A stretch of DNA of 64,000 nucleotides from a virus. Lineage: Duplodnaviria > Caudoviricetes. The position numbers and the translations under genes are program-made. Location of the stretch: positions 1 to 64,000 of the IMG/VR virus record IMGVR_UViG_3300032319_000846; one strand, written 5' to 3'. Below, one piece after another: positions 20,400 through 31,120 of the stretch (position 1 is the stretch's first letter; every line of letters begins with the position of its first letter). The notes under the pieces were generated by a model. It was not told where the DNA came from. It ran no database searches and worked only from the letters and a program-made list of their open reading frames with translations.

Positions 20400-21123
20400 G
20401 AAATAATGACAAAATTAGAAAAAATCATATTAGGACTTCCTATTTTAGGGCTGATATTAAAATATCAGAGTCCTGTATATTATAAAACATCTAAGAAATG
20501 GGATGTTTATCAGCTATTAGTAACTTCGCTATTCTTGTTGTATTGTTTTGTTAAATTCATTGGATATAATATTAATTTCTGATGAATATAGAAGAAATCG
20601 AAGCTAATTATTATAGAGAATTAGATACAAGAAGAGAAACAGCTAAGAATTTTACAGGACAGATTGCAGGAAGACATCCTGATTATTTTGGAAATAGTGA
20701 AATTCATAATATGGTTAGAGGATATTTAGAAGGGTATCAAAAAGCTAAAGAAACTTTCATTTATACAGAGGAAGATATGATAGCATTTGCTGAATTTGTT
20801 GCAAAATATCCTGATAAAAATAGAAATGTTTATGGAAATATACTTCATGCTAAGTCTAAATATGATGGAGCAGAAACTACTATTTCATTATTAGAACTTT
20901 GGAAAAATGAATAAATGCATCATAATTAATCAAAAAGTTTTTCAGGAAAAGATAAAAAAATTAGTTAATGAATCTAATTTAGAAAAGAATATTCCTTCTG
21001 TAAATAGTCAATTAGCTGAATCATTATTAAAATTTGAAAAAGAAATGTTAAAACATTGTTATTATATTAGTGATAGTAATTTGAATTTATTATGAAACAT
21101 AAGATAAATTTGGAGGAAAATAA

Positions 21124-22239
21124 ATGACAAGTGAAGAATTTCTTGGATTTTTACAAAAAAGATGGAGGGAACCTACAGGTATCCCTTTACTATTAAATGC
21201 CCCCACACTAAAAAGAGCACTACCAGAATATCAAGATTCGGACAGGATACTCATTACAGGAAGTTCTGGAGGCTCCAAGACTACACTTACATTTAGGTTA
21301 ATTATAGATATGATTTCATATTGTATAAACAACCCTACAAAGAGTGATGTTATTGTCTTGTACAACTGCATTGAGATGCCTATAACAGAAATGTATTTAA
21401 AATTCCTACAATTCATATTCTCTAAAAAATTAGGAAAAACATATACAAGAGATAGAATTCTTAATAGAAATCAACAAGGAGAAGATAGAGAGCTTGAGGA
21501 AGATTTTAGAAAAGTACAAGGAACTATAGATGCTTTTAATACTAAAATTAGGTTTGTAAGATGTTTTACTCCTACAGAGTTTGGTAATTATTGTGTAAGT
21601 ATATTAGATGATTTACATAAAATTGAATATAAAGGAGGTAAAAAAATTATAGGAGAAAGAAAAAATCCTATACTTAAAGTAGTTTGTGTAGTAGATACAA
21701 GTGACAGCTTTGAAGCAGATGGAGTTCTTAAATTAAATAAACAAGATTCAGTTAAATATTGGCATAAACATTATACAAATAAATTATTAGGTAATACTTA
21801 TGGTTGTATTATGATTAATGTTATACAACAAGATGTTTCATCTCAAACTGCTGTGTTTCATCAAGGGAATCGTGTAGATAGTAAACACATACCTAGTTCT
21901 GAGTCAATAAGTACAGATAAGGAATCAGTTAGAGACCATTCTCTAGTGTTGGGGACTTTAAATCCATACAGATTTCATATAAAACAAATAGAAGGTTATA
22001 ATGTAGAATTGTTTAAAACACACTTAAATTTAATTTATGTACTAAAAAGTAACTTCTCTACAACAGGAGAGGTTACAGCACTCTACACTGATTATAATAC
22101 AGTTAGCTTTGTAGAAATTCCAAGTCCTACAGCTCATCCTAATCTCTATGATGCATTTTTAAAAAAACACGGAATTGCTAATACAAAATCAAAATTTACA
22201 TTTTCACCAGAAACACAACCAGATTTATTTTTAGAATAA
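21124..22239 (+). CDS. DnaB-like (SF4) replicative helicase
   Basis: TGIP N-terminus, Walker A variant GSSGGSKT, YNCIEM (catalytic Glu), VVD Walker B, VIQQ and VLKSN motifs. Confidence 0.75.
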   Translation: MTSEEFLGFLQKRWREPTGIPLLLNAPTLKRALPEYQDSDRILITGSSGGSKTTLTFRLIIDMISYCINNPTKSDVIVLYNCIEMPITEMYLKFLQFIFSKKLGKTYTRDRILNRNQQGEDRELEEDFRKVQGTIDAFNTKIRFVRCFTPTEFGNYCVSILDDLHKIEYKGGKKIIGERKNPILKVVCVVDTSDSFEADGVLKLNKQDSVKYWHKHYTNKLLGNTYGCIMINVIQQDVSSQTAVFHQGNRVDSKHIPSSESISTDKESVRDHSLVLGTLNPYRFHIKQIEGYNVELFKTHLNLIYVLKSNFSTTGEVTALYTDYNTVSFVEIPSPTAHPNLYDAFLKKHGIANTKSKFTFSPETQPDLFLE

Positions 22240-23095
22240 TATGATAGCAGATAAATTTTTTAATCAATATGGTGGATACACTAGAGAAGAAATGCTTAGA
22301 GAAGCTGTTAAATTTGCTAAAGCTTGTGTGCAAGAGGCTTTAATTATAGCAGCAGATAATGCTGTAGCAAAAGAGAATCCTTCTGATTATGGAACAGGAG
22401 AAATTTGGGTAGATAAAAAATCAATTTTAGAAGCATATTCTTTAAATAAAATTAAAGCTTATGAAATATAGAATTAAAGTATTAACAGAAGCTTCAGGAA
22501 CTAAATGGTTTATTCCGCAATATCAAGTGTTTTGGTTTATTTGGTTAAGTTGGGATAAACTAGTAGGCTATGAAACAAGTGAAATTATTAGATTTCCTAC
22601 ATCTATAGAAGCAAGGGAATATTTAAATCAAGAGGTGGAAAAATTAAATAGAAAATTAAGTAAACAGATAATTAAAAAAGAAATAATTGATTATGCTTAA
22701 AACTAAAAAACTTACAACTCTTGTAAAACAGGAATTAGATGGGTTAAAATACACAATTCCTCTTATTGTATTAAAATCGTTGCGTATTCCTACAGTTCCT
22801 TATTTTGAATTATTTGGAAGTTTAGATGCTGCATACGCTCTGTATATTAAAAATAAAATTACCACACCTTATAGTTATTCTACAACCAATTATATAAGAT
22901 GTAGAGCAAAGATATTTAAGGGTTATAATTTTTCTGCTTTGGAATATTATATTAATAATTCCTCAGTAGAAAAAGTAAATGAAATTATTGATTATTTAAA
23001 GGGAAATATTGATAAAATATCTCTTTAAATTCATTATATTATAGGCTTTTATAGCTATATTTGTAGTAGAAAAATAAACAATTATACATAATTTT

Positions 23096-23776
23096 ATGGC
23101 AACAGGTATTTTAATTTTGGGAAAATCAGGTAGCGGTAAATCTACGAGCTTGAGAAATTTAGACCCTACAAAAACATTTATTATCAATGTGGTGAATAAA
23201 CCACTTCCTTTTAAAGGATGGAAAAATAACTATACTAAGTATAGTAAAGATAATCCATCAGGAAATATGGTTTCTACAGATAATACAACACAAATTATGA
23301 AAGCTCTTTCTTATATTGATAAAGAAAGGCCAGAAATTAAGCATATTATCATAGATGATAGTCAGTATACGATGGGAAATGAATATATGCGTAGAGCTAA
23401 AGAGAGTGGATATAATAAATTTACAGATATTGGACAAAATATGTTTAATCTTGTAAATTTAATTCCTAATTTAAGAGAAGATTTATATGTTGTATTTTTA
23501 CATCATGTAGAAATTGATAAAGATGAATTAGGAAATCAACAAGTGCAGAGTAAGTCAATTGGCAAGATGTTCACGCAATATATAACTCTAGAGGGTTTGT
23601 TCAGTATTGTATTATATACAAATGTAACTAAAGATGAAAAAGGAATGCATTATGGATTTCTTACACAATCAGATGGAACAAATACTGCTAAATCACCAAT
23701 GGAATTATTCCCCACTTTGATTATTCCAAATGATTTGAATTATGTAATTGAACAAGTTGAAGATTATAATAATTAA
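23096..23776 (+). CDS. AAA_24/Sak4-like P-loop ATPase (recombination)
   Basis: GKSGSGKSTS, IIIDDSQY, LEGLFSIVL, TAKSP..LF...IPNDL. Confidence 0.85.
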   Translation: MATGILILGKSGSGKSTSLRNLDPTKTFIINVVNKPLPFKGWKNNYTKYSKDNPSGNMVSTDNTTQIMKALSYIDKERPEIKHIIIDDSQYTMGNEYMRRAKESGYNKFTDIGQNMFNLVNLIPNLREDLYVVFLHHVEIDKDELGNQQVQSKSIGKMFTQYITLEGLFSIVLYTNVTKDEKGMHYGFLTQSDGTNTAKSPMELFPTLIIPNDLNYVIEQVEDYNN

Positions 23777-23793
23777 TTGAAAAATAATTGAGA

Positions 23794-23861
23794 TTTCATT
23801 TGGATATGTATGTATAGGTGTTGTATATTTGCAACTCACTAACAAATATATCCAAATGAAA
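23794..23861 (+). promoter_or_regulatory. promoter inside a start-codon-sequestering hairpin
   Basis: Perfect 14-bp inverted repeat TTTCATTTGGATAT / ATATCCAAATGAAA containing ATG 23856; TTG-N21-TATATTTG with the -7 element at 23824-23831. Confidence 0.8.
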
Positions 23862-24758
23862 AATCTAATTAATGTTGAAGAAGTATTAGAGCAGCTTGAT
23901 AAAACTTCTATTCTTTACAATTATTTAAGTACAAACCCATCATTAAAAATATTTTCATTATTTCCTTCTACTGAAAACAAAAAATCAGGAATTTATTGTA
24001 TTTTTACTTTACATAATAGTAAGGTGTATATAGGAAGTGCTAAAAACTTTCAATATAGATTTAGAAAGCATAGATATTTGTTAGTAAACAATAAACATCA
24101 CAGTAAATATTTACAGAATTCTTATAATAAATATAAAAAAGATGATTTTTTGGTTTTTATTATAGAAGAAACACTGGAGTTGGAAAATAAAGAATTTTTG
24201 TATATAAAAATGTTTAATGCTGTTAAAGAAGGTTATAATGCAACTGAAGACACACAAAGAAATTTTTATGATGAAACACTTATTTCTAATAATAAAATGA
24301 GAAGGTCTATACCTGTAATAGCACTTGATTTAAAGGGTAATTTTATAAAAAGATTTGCTTCTGTTTCTGATGCAGCAAAAGCTTATAACGACCAAAGCAC
24401 TAACATTTCTAAATGTTGTAATGGAAAATCAAGACTTGTTAAAAACACTATGTTTATATATGAGAAAGATTATAATCCTGAACAGCAATATTTTTTAAAA
24501 GAACGCTCTTTTACTCATCAAAAATCTGATAGAATGAGGAAATTAACTTCTGAAAGAATGAAAGGAAAGGTTATTTCTTTAGAACAAAGATTACTTTCTT
24601 CTATTCAACAAGGAATAAAAATTCTTTGTGAAACGGATGGTTTATCATTTAGAAGTTTAAAACATGCTGGAAAATATTACAATATTAATCCTACATCTAT
24701 TAAAAGTAGTATTGAACAAAACAGATTATGCAAAAATTTAAAATTTATTTATCAATAA
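23856..24758 (+). CDS. free-standing GIY-YIG homing endonuclease with NUMOD1
   Basis: SGIYCI...YIGSA...R...H...GYN and NUMOD1-like F.SVSDAA.......ISKCC; ATG 23856 preferred over TTG 23829. Confidence 0.88.
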   Translation: MKNLINVEEVLEQLDKTSILYNYLSTNPSLKIFSLFPSTENKKSGIYCIFTLHNSKVYIGSAKNFQYRFRKHRYLLVNNKHHSKYLQNSYNKYKKDDFLVFIIEETLELENKEFLYIKMFNAVKEGYNATEDTQRNFYDETLISNNKMRRSIPVIALDLKGNFIKRFASVSDAAKAYNDQSTNISKCCNGKSRLVKNTMFIYEKDYNPEQQYFLKERSFTHQKSDRMRKLTSERMKGKVISLEQRLLSSIQQGIKILCETDGLSFRSLKHAGKYYNINPTSIKSSIEQNRLCKNLKFIYQ

Positions 24759-25040
24759 TTACACATTGGGAACAGATTTTTCCATCAATTAACTAACTAA
24801 TATGAAAAAATACACAATTCTTCTCATTACAAACATTTTCTTTTTTCTTTGTTTACTTCTAACAACAATATTTGGAAGTGATACAAAAGATGTATTATCT
24901 GCAATTTGGATTTTAGGAATGTTTCTTTTTTCCTATGTAGAACTTAAACTCTGCAAAAAAGAATGAAAACATTTTCTTTTTTAATAGGGTGCTTTTTGTA
25001 GCATCATTTTTTAACACAGTAATTAAAAAAACAAACAACA

Positions 25041-25556
25041 ATGTTTAATTTACACAAAGCAAGCTTTATTCCACAGGCAAATTCTCAAAAGAAAGAACCT
25101 GAACTTTCAGATTTAGTAGTAGTAAAAGAAGAGAAAAAAATTGAGTGGGATTTAATGTTTCTACCAGAACAAAATCGTTGGAAAATTAAACCCTCTTTTC
25201 TTGTTAATGATTTAGGTTATACAGCAGCATTACAAGATGGGTATTTATTTTTACTTCAAACAGGAGAAGATGCAGTAGAGATTTTAAAACCTAAATTTCT
25301 TAAAGGACTTGGAAACCTCTTTACATCAAACTATTTCAATCTACTTGCTGTACAAGCTGGATTTTCTATCACCGAAAAATGTTACTTGTTTCTTACAGAG
25401 CAGGAAACAGGGATTGAAAATGTAAAAGCATATCTTATAACAAAAGAAATTCCTAATGTTGTACTTCCATCTGTAGAAGAACTTCCTGTTTTATCTATTG
25501 TATTTGAAGAAAAAACTTTGGAAGAAGATTCTATTAACAAAACAGATTTATTTTAG
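25041..25556 (+). CDS. hypothetical protein with C-terminal TDLF
   Basis: ORF track; followed by a GAAA-loop terminator at 25578-25599. Confidence 0.7.
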   Translation: MFNLHKASFIPQANSQKKEPELSDLVVVKEEKKIEWDLMFLPEQNRWKIKPSFLVNDLGYTAALQDGYLFLLQTGEDAVEILKPKFLKGLGNLFTSNYFNLLAVQAGFSITEKCYLFLTEQETGIENVKAYLITKEIPNVVLPSVEELPVLSIVFEEKTLEEDSINKTDLF

Positions 25557-25625
25557 CCCATAATTTATTGACTTTTGGAGGGAGAAATCCCTCTTTTTTA
25601 CACACTTTTAAAATTTTATATTATT

Positions 25626-26282
25626 ATGTTTTCATTTGATGAAGCAACAACAGCAGCAGAAACTACCTCTTCTAATGCTAAAACACGTTTTCCTTTTCCT
25701 ACAAATCCTTCTTATGGTGTTGTTGCTAAATTAGTAAGCTACACTTATCCAGATAACAAAGATGGAGGAGATTTAGTGTTTGAAGCTCCTAATGGCGGCA
25801 CTACTGTTCGTACTCTTTGGAATCCCTCATTTAATAAAGGTGTTCCTAATCCTCCAGAAGTTATTAGTGGTGCATCTAAGGGTGTAGCAGGTCTTGTTAA
25901 AGCTTTAGGAATTACAAAAAAACCTACAGGTACGGTAAGTACATGGAAAGAATTCCTTGATGGATATTTTGGAAATGTAGATTTTACCACACTTAAAGCT
26001 ATTCGTGTTAAAGCGGGATATGCTAAAGATAAACAAGAGTTTGACCCTTCTAAATTTGAAGGAAAAACCGAAGAAGAAATTAAAGCAATTTATCACCCAT
26101 TTGTCAATATTTCTAAATCTAATTATTGGTATTTTGATGCTAATGATAAACGTGATTTTAGTGAATTCACCGCTTATGATAAAGTTTATACAGAGTTTGA
26201 GTTAACAGAGAATAACGCAACCCCATCAAGAGATGATGATTTACCATTTGGCCCTTCATCTAATGATGGAGATTTGTTTTAA
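25626..26282 (+). CDS. putative single-stranded DNA-binding protein
   Basis: Acidic tail DDDLPF...DGDLF; located between the Sak4-like ATPase and primase; the ORF-track start 25575 lies in the upstream terminator. Confidence 0.6.
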   Translation: MFSFDEATTAAETTSSNAKTRFPFPTNPSYGVVAKLVSYTYPDNKDGGDLVFEAPNGGTTVRTLWNPSFNKGVPNPPEVISGASKGVAGLVKALGITKKPTGTVSTWKEFLDGYFGNVDFTTLKAIRVKAGYAKDKQEFDPSKFEGKTEEEIKAIYHPFVNISKSNYWYFDANDKRDFSEFTAYDKVYTEFELTENNATPSRDDDLPFGPSSNDGDLF

Positions 26283-26316
26283 GAATTTTGATTTTGTTTC
26301 ATAGTTATAAAATAGT

Positions 26317-26349
26317 AAAGAGGGAGAGATATTCTTTCCCTCTTTTTTT
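26317..26349 (+). terminator. rho-independent terminator
   Basis: AAAGAGGGAGAGA-TAT-TCTTTCCCTCTTT + T-tract. Confidence 0.8.
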
Positions 26350-26555
26350 GTATCTTTAAATTTTAGAAAATGAACACATTAATTATAATTGGAAGCATTG
26401 GATTTAAAAGATGCTATTTTAACATATCTGAACAAGAAGCAATAGCAAGATATATTAAAGATGAAGATAGTAATTTGGAGTTTGTATTAGAACATATTGA
26501 TAGTTTTACATTTAATGATGAATTTTGTGCTTATGATGCTTGGAACTATTAATCT

Positions 26556-27545
26556 ATGTTTACTTATGATATTCCATTAACAAAACAAGAAATACTCGAA
26601 AGAATTTCACAGGAATCTATTTTTGAGAAGTATTTAGGAATATATCCTCAAACAGATGGTAGAAGATATATTAATCCTTTAAGAGAAAATAAAACACCTA
26701 ATACAGAATTTCTTTATATAAGAAATACATTGTATATGAGAGATTGGGGAGGAAATGATAAAAATTTGAATTGTTTTTCTATTGTTCAACTTCTATACAA
26801 CTGTTCTTATAATGAAGCTCTTAAACACATTGAAAATGATTTTGGGTTGGGCTCTCAACCAATCAATACAAATATTCCCACAATTCAAAGAAACAGCAAT
26901 TACAATCATGTGGAAGTACCTGTAAAGAAACTTACATCTATTCAAATAAGAAAAAAAGAATTTACAGAGAAAGAATTAAATTTTTGGAATTGTAATAATA
27001 ACTTCAACTTTACAACAGAAGAATTAGAAAAACATCAAATATATTCTACAGAATATGTTTGGTATAATGAAAATAAAATCAAGAGTAAAGAAGGAGTATT
27101 TGCTTATCAATTAAAACCTCAGATATTTCAAATATATTCTCCATTTTGTGAAGATAGAAAATACAGATTTAGAAGCACAGATTTAAAAGGAATATTGGTA
27201 AATGCTCATTTATTAAAACCTTCTAAAACTGTATTACTTACTAAGAGTTTTAAAGATGAATTTTACAGTAGGGTGTTAAGAGCAAATTCTACAGCATTAT
27301 TAAATGAAGGAATTATTCCTACAAGACAACAAATTGATTTTCTTAAAACAAAAGGAAGAATTGTATTGCTGTATGATAATGATGAGAAAGGAATTGCTGT
27401 AGCTAATAGAATTTGTGATGAATACAAGGAAGTTAGTAAAATCTTTTTACCTGTAGATTATGGTAAAGATGTAGATGAATCTATAAGAAATGTTGGGAAA
27501 AAAAAAGTACTATATTGGATGGATAAAAACGGATTATTAGAATGA
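26556..27545 (+). CDS. DNA primase (TOPRIM), Bacteroidota-phage type
   Basis: NPLRE.KTP and RDWGG N-domain; LTKSFKD; LYDNDEKG (DxD); KDVDE. Confidence 0.85.
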   Translation: MFTYDIPLTKQEILERISQESIFEKYLGIYPQTDGRRYINPLRENKTPNTEFLYIRNTLYMRDWGGNDKNLNCFSIVQLLYNCSYNEALKHIENDFGLGSQPINTNIPTIQRNSNYNHVEVPVKKLTSIQIRKKEFTEKELNFWNCNNNFNFTTEELEKHQIYSTEYVWYNENKIKSKEGVFAYQLKPQIFQIYSPFCEDRKYRFRSTDLKGILVNAHLLKPSKTVLLTKSFKDEFYSRVLRANSTALLNEGIIPTRQQIDFLKTKGRIVLLYDNDEKGIAVANRICDEYKEVSKIFLPVDYGKDVDESIRNVGKKKVLYWMDKNGLLE

Positions 27546-28884
27546 AAGAAATGAGCTATAGTTTTAAACATGAATGGGTTTTATATACTGATTTACAAAA
27601 ACAATTAGTACAAACTCGAAAAAAATTAAATCAAAATCATTTTAAAGAATTTTTAGAATTTTCTTTAAAAGGAGTAGTAAATGATTTAAAAGATAAATAT
27701 TTTCAAAAAGAAAATGGAAAGATTTTTAAGATTTGTAGTGTAACACATGAAGTACTTAATAGAGGTTATAATATTTATCTACATACAGCAGAGATAGGTG
27801 TATTAACTATTTATTTTAGAGATTCTTTTGTTCCAGAGAATTTATACAAAAGTTTAGTTGGCAACTACATTTCTCTTTCTGAAATAGAATTTAAAAAAGT
27901 AGAAAAACAAAGAATTCTAAAAGAAATTGAAATCTTACAAAAACAATTAAAAGAATTGTAATGAAAACTATAAAAAGAACAATTGTTGGAGAAGGAATTT
28001 CTAAACTATTTGGAGGATTTCCTAAAGATTTAGAAATCGGTAAACAATACGAGTTAAAATGGGATTTTGAATTACGACAGTATATGGTGTTAGATAAATA
28101 TAAAGCTATGAGTTTTAAATGGGATAAAAATTTACCACAATGAAAATAACTAAACAATTATCAGATGATGAGTTTGTTGTAAAACTTGAAGAACAGGATA
28201 AACAACGACATTTTGGATGTAAAATAGATGTAGTGCATGACTATGTAGCATTTTCTTCAAAAGGACAATTGTACAGCGAAGGAGCATTTAGTTTAGTAGA
28301 AAATGGTAGAGCTTCAGGAAATACATTAAGTGTATTTAAATGTGTACAAATTCCTATTAAAAGTATGTTTAAAATTGTATTACCTCTTCTTAATTCTCAT
28401 CCTTATTTACAAGAAGAACACTTTAAAGATAGAATTTATGATGTAGATGATACATACTTTAAAGACCATGGACAAAATAAACCAAGATATTTGAAAGGAG
28501 ATAAATATCCAGCTTATTCATATTCTAATAGTATAGTAAGGTATTGGAAAGAAAATACTCCTATGATTGCTTTTTCTATGAAAGGAGAAAAGGAATACAA
28601 TCATGTAACACTAAAATTCTTTAATGAGTTTGTACTTCCTACATTAAATAAATGAAAACATTTACATTTAGAATTACACAGAATGCTGTAGGATACTTTG
28701 AAGGTAAAATAGATATAGAAGCTTTTTCTGAAAATGCTGCTATTAATAAATTAAAAAAACTACAGGAAGAAGAACTAGAAGGATTGGTATATGGTTGGAC
28801 TACATCAGAGTTAATAAGTGATGGAAGAATAGAAGTTTGGAATAATGGAAAATTAGTTAATTAAAATTTATGAAATAATTTAGA

Positions 28885-29472
28885 ATGAAGTTTTTTAATA
28901 CAATTGGTTCAGACCCAGAGTTTGTAGTGATAGGTAAAGCTCCTGTTTCTATGGTAGGAATTGTAGGAGGAACAAAAGAACATCCACAACCAATTCAAAT
29001 TGATGGATGCTGTTGTTTAACAGATAATGTGTTGGTAGAATTTACAATTCCAGCATGTAATAATTTTAGTTCTGTTAAGAGTTACATTGACAGATGTGTT
29101 ACATTAACACAAACAGAATTACAAAAAATCAATCCTGAATGGGAACTACATGCAATTAGCAGTGTAGAATTTCCTGAATCAGAATTACAATCAGAGCAAG
29201 CTCAAACTTTTGGATGCGAGCGTAGTAATAACATCTATGCTTCTAATGGATTGAGTGATTTGATTACACCACAAGAAGTAGGTAATTTCAGGAGTTTAGG
29301 ACTACATACCCATCACGGATGGATTGATATTCCAAGTGAAGAAGAGTTAAAAGACTTCATATTTTTATGTGATTTATTCTTAGGAATTCCTTCATATATT
29401 TATGATAAAGATAGATTTAGGAGAGGCTTTTACGGGAAAATTGGTGAGCACAGAATAAAAAAAGAGTATGGT
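28885..29472 (+). CDS. phiEco32-like COOH-NH2 ligase type 2, exon 1
   Basis: TIGSDPEF, DNVLVEF, FGC, RSLGLHTHHG, RR.FYGK.G..R.K.YG; interrupted after GGT at 29472. Confidence 0.9.
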
Positions 29473-30516
29473 AAACTAACTAAAAACACTATATAATTAA
29501 TTAGTATTTTTTGTAAAATGTGTGTATTTTTGTATATAACTAAATATACAAAAAATGGAATTAGAACAGCAAGTAATTGAATGTCTTTTAAGAAAAGAAA
29601 CTATTTATTCTATAGCTAAAAAATTTAACAAAAGTCAAGAATTTGTTAGAAAAAGAGCTAAAGATAATAACATAGAAACTCTATCTTTTAAAGATATGGT
29701 AAAAAATAGAAGAATTGTCAGTGTTAATCCTTTTCTTGATTTAGATAATGAGCAGGTTCAATATTGGTTGGGTTTTTTAGCAGCAGATAGAGCAATCCAT
29801 GAAGGGAAGATTTCATTAGGTTTACAAGAACAAGATGAAATTCATATTGATAAATTCATAAAATTTATCAATCCTAAACTAAAAAAGACAAAACTTTTAG
29901 AACATAAGAAATATATTTCTTATAGGACTTCTTTTAGAAATCAAGAAATTTGTGATTATCTAAATCAATTAGGTATAACTTCTAAAAAGAGTTTTACACT
30001 TTTCTATAATCATTCTTTTAATAAACACTTTCTTAGAGGCGTAATTGATGGAGATGGTTATATAAGAAAATCTCACGGAGAAGTAAGTATAGCTACAGGT
30101 TCTATTTTATTTGCTGAACAAATTCAAAAATTTATTATAGATAATTACAGTGTAAATTGTACAATTAGAAAAGATAATTCTAACATATACACTGTAGGAG
30201 TTTATGGTAAAACACAGGTTACAAAAATATTAAATGATTTATATATTGATGCAGAAATTTATCTGGAAAGAAAATTTCTTAATGCCATGTCTCATAGAAA
30301 TATGGGAGCACAAACACCTTAAATTCAGGGAAACAGCATCAGCAATCCTGAGCAAAACTCATATTAAAAAGGAGAATTACTAAAGAAAAAATGTGGTTAG
30401 TAATTTGTTGATTTTTTAAGTTAGAGGATGTGCAACGACTATAATAGGTGCATCTTAACAGTATGTTTATATAGCTGAAGATGAAGGGATAGTCTGAACA
30501 GGAGAGAACCTGTTTG
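29473..30516 (+). mobile_element. group I self-splicing intron (IA-like) with a homing endonuclease ORF in L1
   Basis: The 5' exon TATGGT pairs with IGS GCCATG (30284-30289, U.G at the splice site). P2 CTCATA-GAAA-TATGGG; P3 CACCT/AGGTG; P4 TTCAGG/CCTGAG; P7 GACTA (30437)/TAGTC (30490); P9 AACAGG/CCTGTT; terminal G 30516. Splicing restores EYG|VEYRSL in frame. Confidence 0.92.
29555..30322 (+). CDS. intron-encoded LAGLIDADG homing endonuclease
   Basis: N-terminal HTH; YWLGFLAADRAI and FLRGVIDGDGYI motifs; YLERK end; the 3' end overlaps the IGS/P2/P3. Confidence 0.9.
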   Translation: MELEQQVIECLLRKETIYSIAKKFNKSQEFVRKRAKDNNIETLSFKDMVKNRRIVSVNPFLDLDNEQVQYWLGFLAADRAIHEGKISLGLQEQDEIHIDKFIKFINPKLKKTKLLEHKKYISYRTSFRNQEICDYLNQLGITSKKSFTLFYNHSFNKHFLRGVIDGDGYIRKSHGEVSIATGSILFAEQIQKFIIDNYSVNCTIRKDNSNIYTVGVYGKTQVTKILNDLYIDAEIYLERKFLNAMSHRNMGAQTP

Positions 30517-30732
30517 GTAGAATATAGGAGTTTAGGAGCAGGTATGTATCATTTTCCTAAAATAATTCAACAAGGGCTTAATAATATTAAACTTGCAATT
30601 GAATCTAATAAAATAGAAGAATTGAAAACGCTTTATTTTGAAACAATGAAACATATTTCGTTTACAAATAATTTATCTGTAGCACACGCAAAAAAATTAA
30701 ACAAAGAAATTATAAAAGATTTAACCAATTAA
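30517..30732 (+). CDS. COOH-NH2 ligase type 2, exon 2
   Basis: Begins VEYRSLG, the conserved (G)VEYR(T/S)L motif; spliced product 267 aa. Confidence 0.88.
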   Translation, partial: VEYRSLGAGMYHFPKIIQQGLNNIKLAIESNKIEELKTLYFETMKHISFTNNLSVAHAKKLNKEIIKDLTN

Positions 30733-30734
30733 TT

Positions 30735-31115
30735 ATGAATAACTTAGAAAAATCTCCTATTTACGTTTCGTGCTATGGTACATTACGCAAAGGCTTTGGT
30801 AATAATAGGTTGATGAGAGTGGAAGGAAATTCTTACATAGGAGCAGGTGTTACAAAGGAAAAATATGCAATGTATAAAAGTGGTATTCCTTATGTTATTA
30901 AGGAACCCCTTACACCTATTGTTGTAGATGTATATGAAGTTGCTCCTGAAAATCTTCCAAGAATTGATAGTTTAGAAGGACATCCTAATTGGTATAAAAG
31001 AGAAATTATTCCTGTAGTGTTGGAAGATGGAAAAGAATTAGATTGTTGGTTGTATTTTATGACCAGAACAGAAGTTAAAAATTATCAATTTGTAAAAACA
31101 GGAAATTATCAATAA
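30735..31115 (+). CDS. gamma-glutamylcyclotransferase (AIG2-like)
   Basis: YGTLRKG, VYEV, IDSLEGHP.WY.R, CWLYF. Confidence 0.9.
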   Translation: MNNLEKSPIYVSCYGTLRKGFGNNRLMRVEGNSYIGAGVTKEKYAMYKSGIPYVIKEPLTPIVVDVYEVAPENLPRIDSLEGHPNWYKREIIPVVLEDGKELDCWLYFMTRTEVKNYQFVKTGNYQ

Positions 31116-31120
31116 CCTTT

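Noticed and set aside
23056-23100. TATATTTG promoter before the AAA ATPase as another hairpin switch
   Set aside because: The promoter motif is present, but pairing with the ATG region is short and interrupted, so it was not counted.
23777-24800. GIY-YIG gene as part of another intron
   Set aside because: The upstream ATPase is complete and no P7 GACTA/TAGTC core is visible in the flanks; treated as free-standing, as are the 1548 and 41709 genes.
28885-30732. Ligase as a pseudogene or two genes, or the LAGLIDADG as an intein
   Set aside because: The LAGLIDADG is a separate ORF with its own start and no intein Cys/His-Asn ends; the group I core and in-frame splice junction explain the split.
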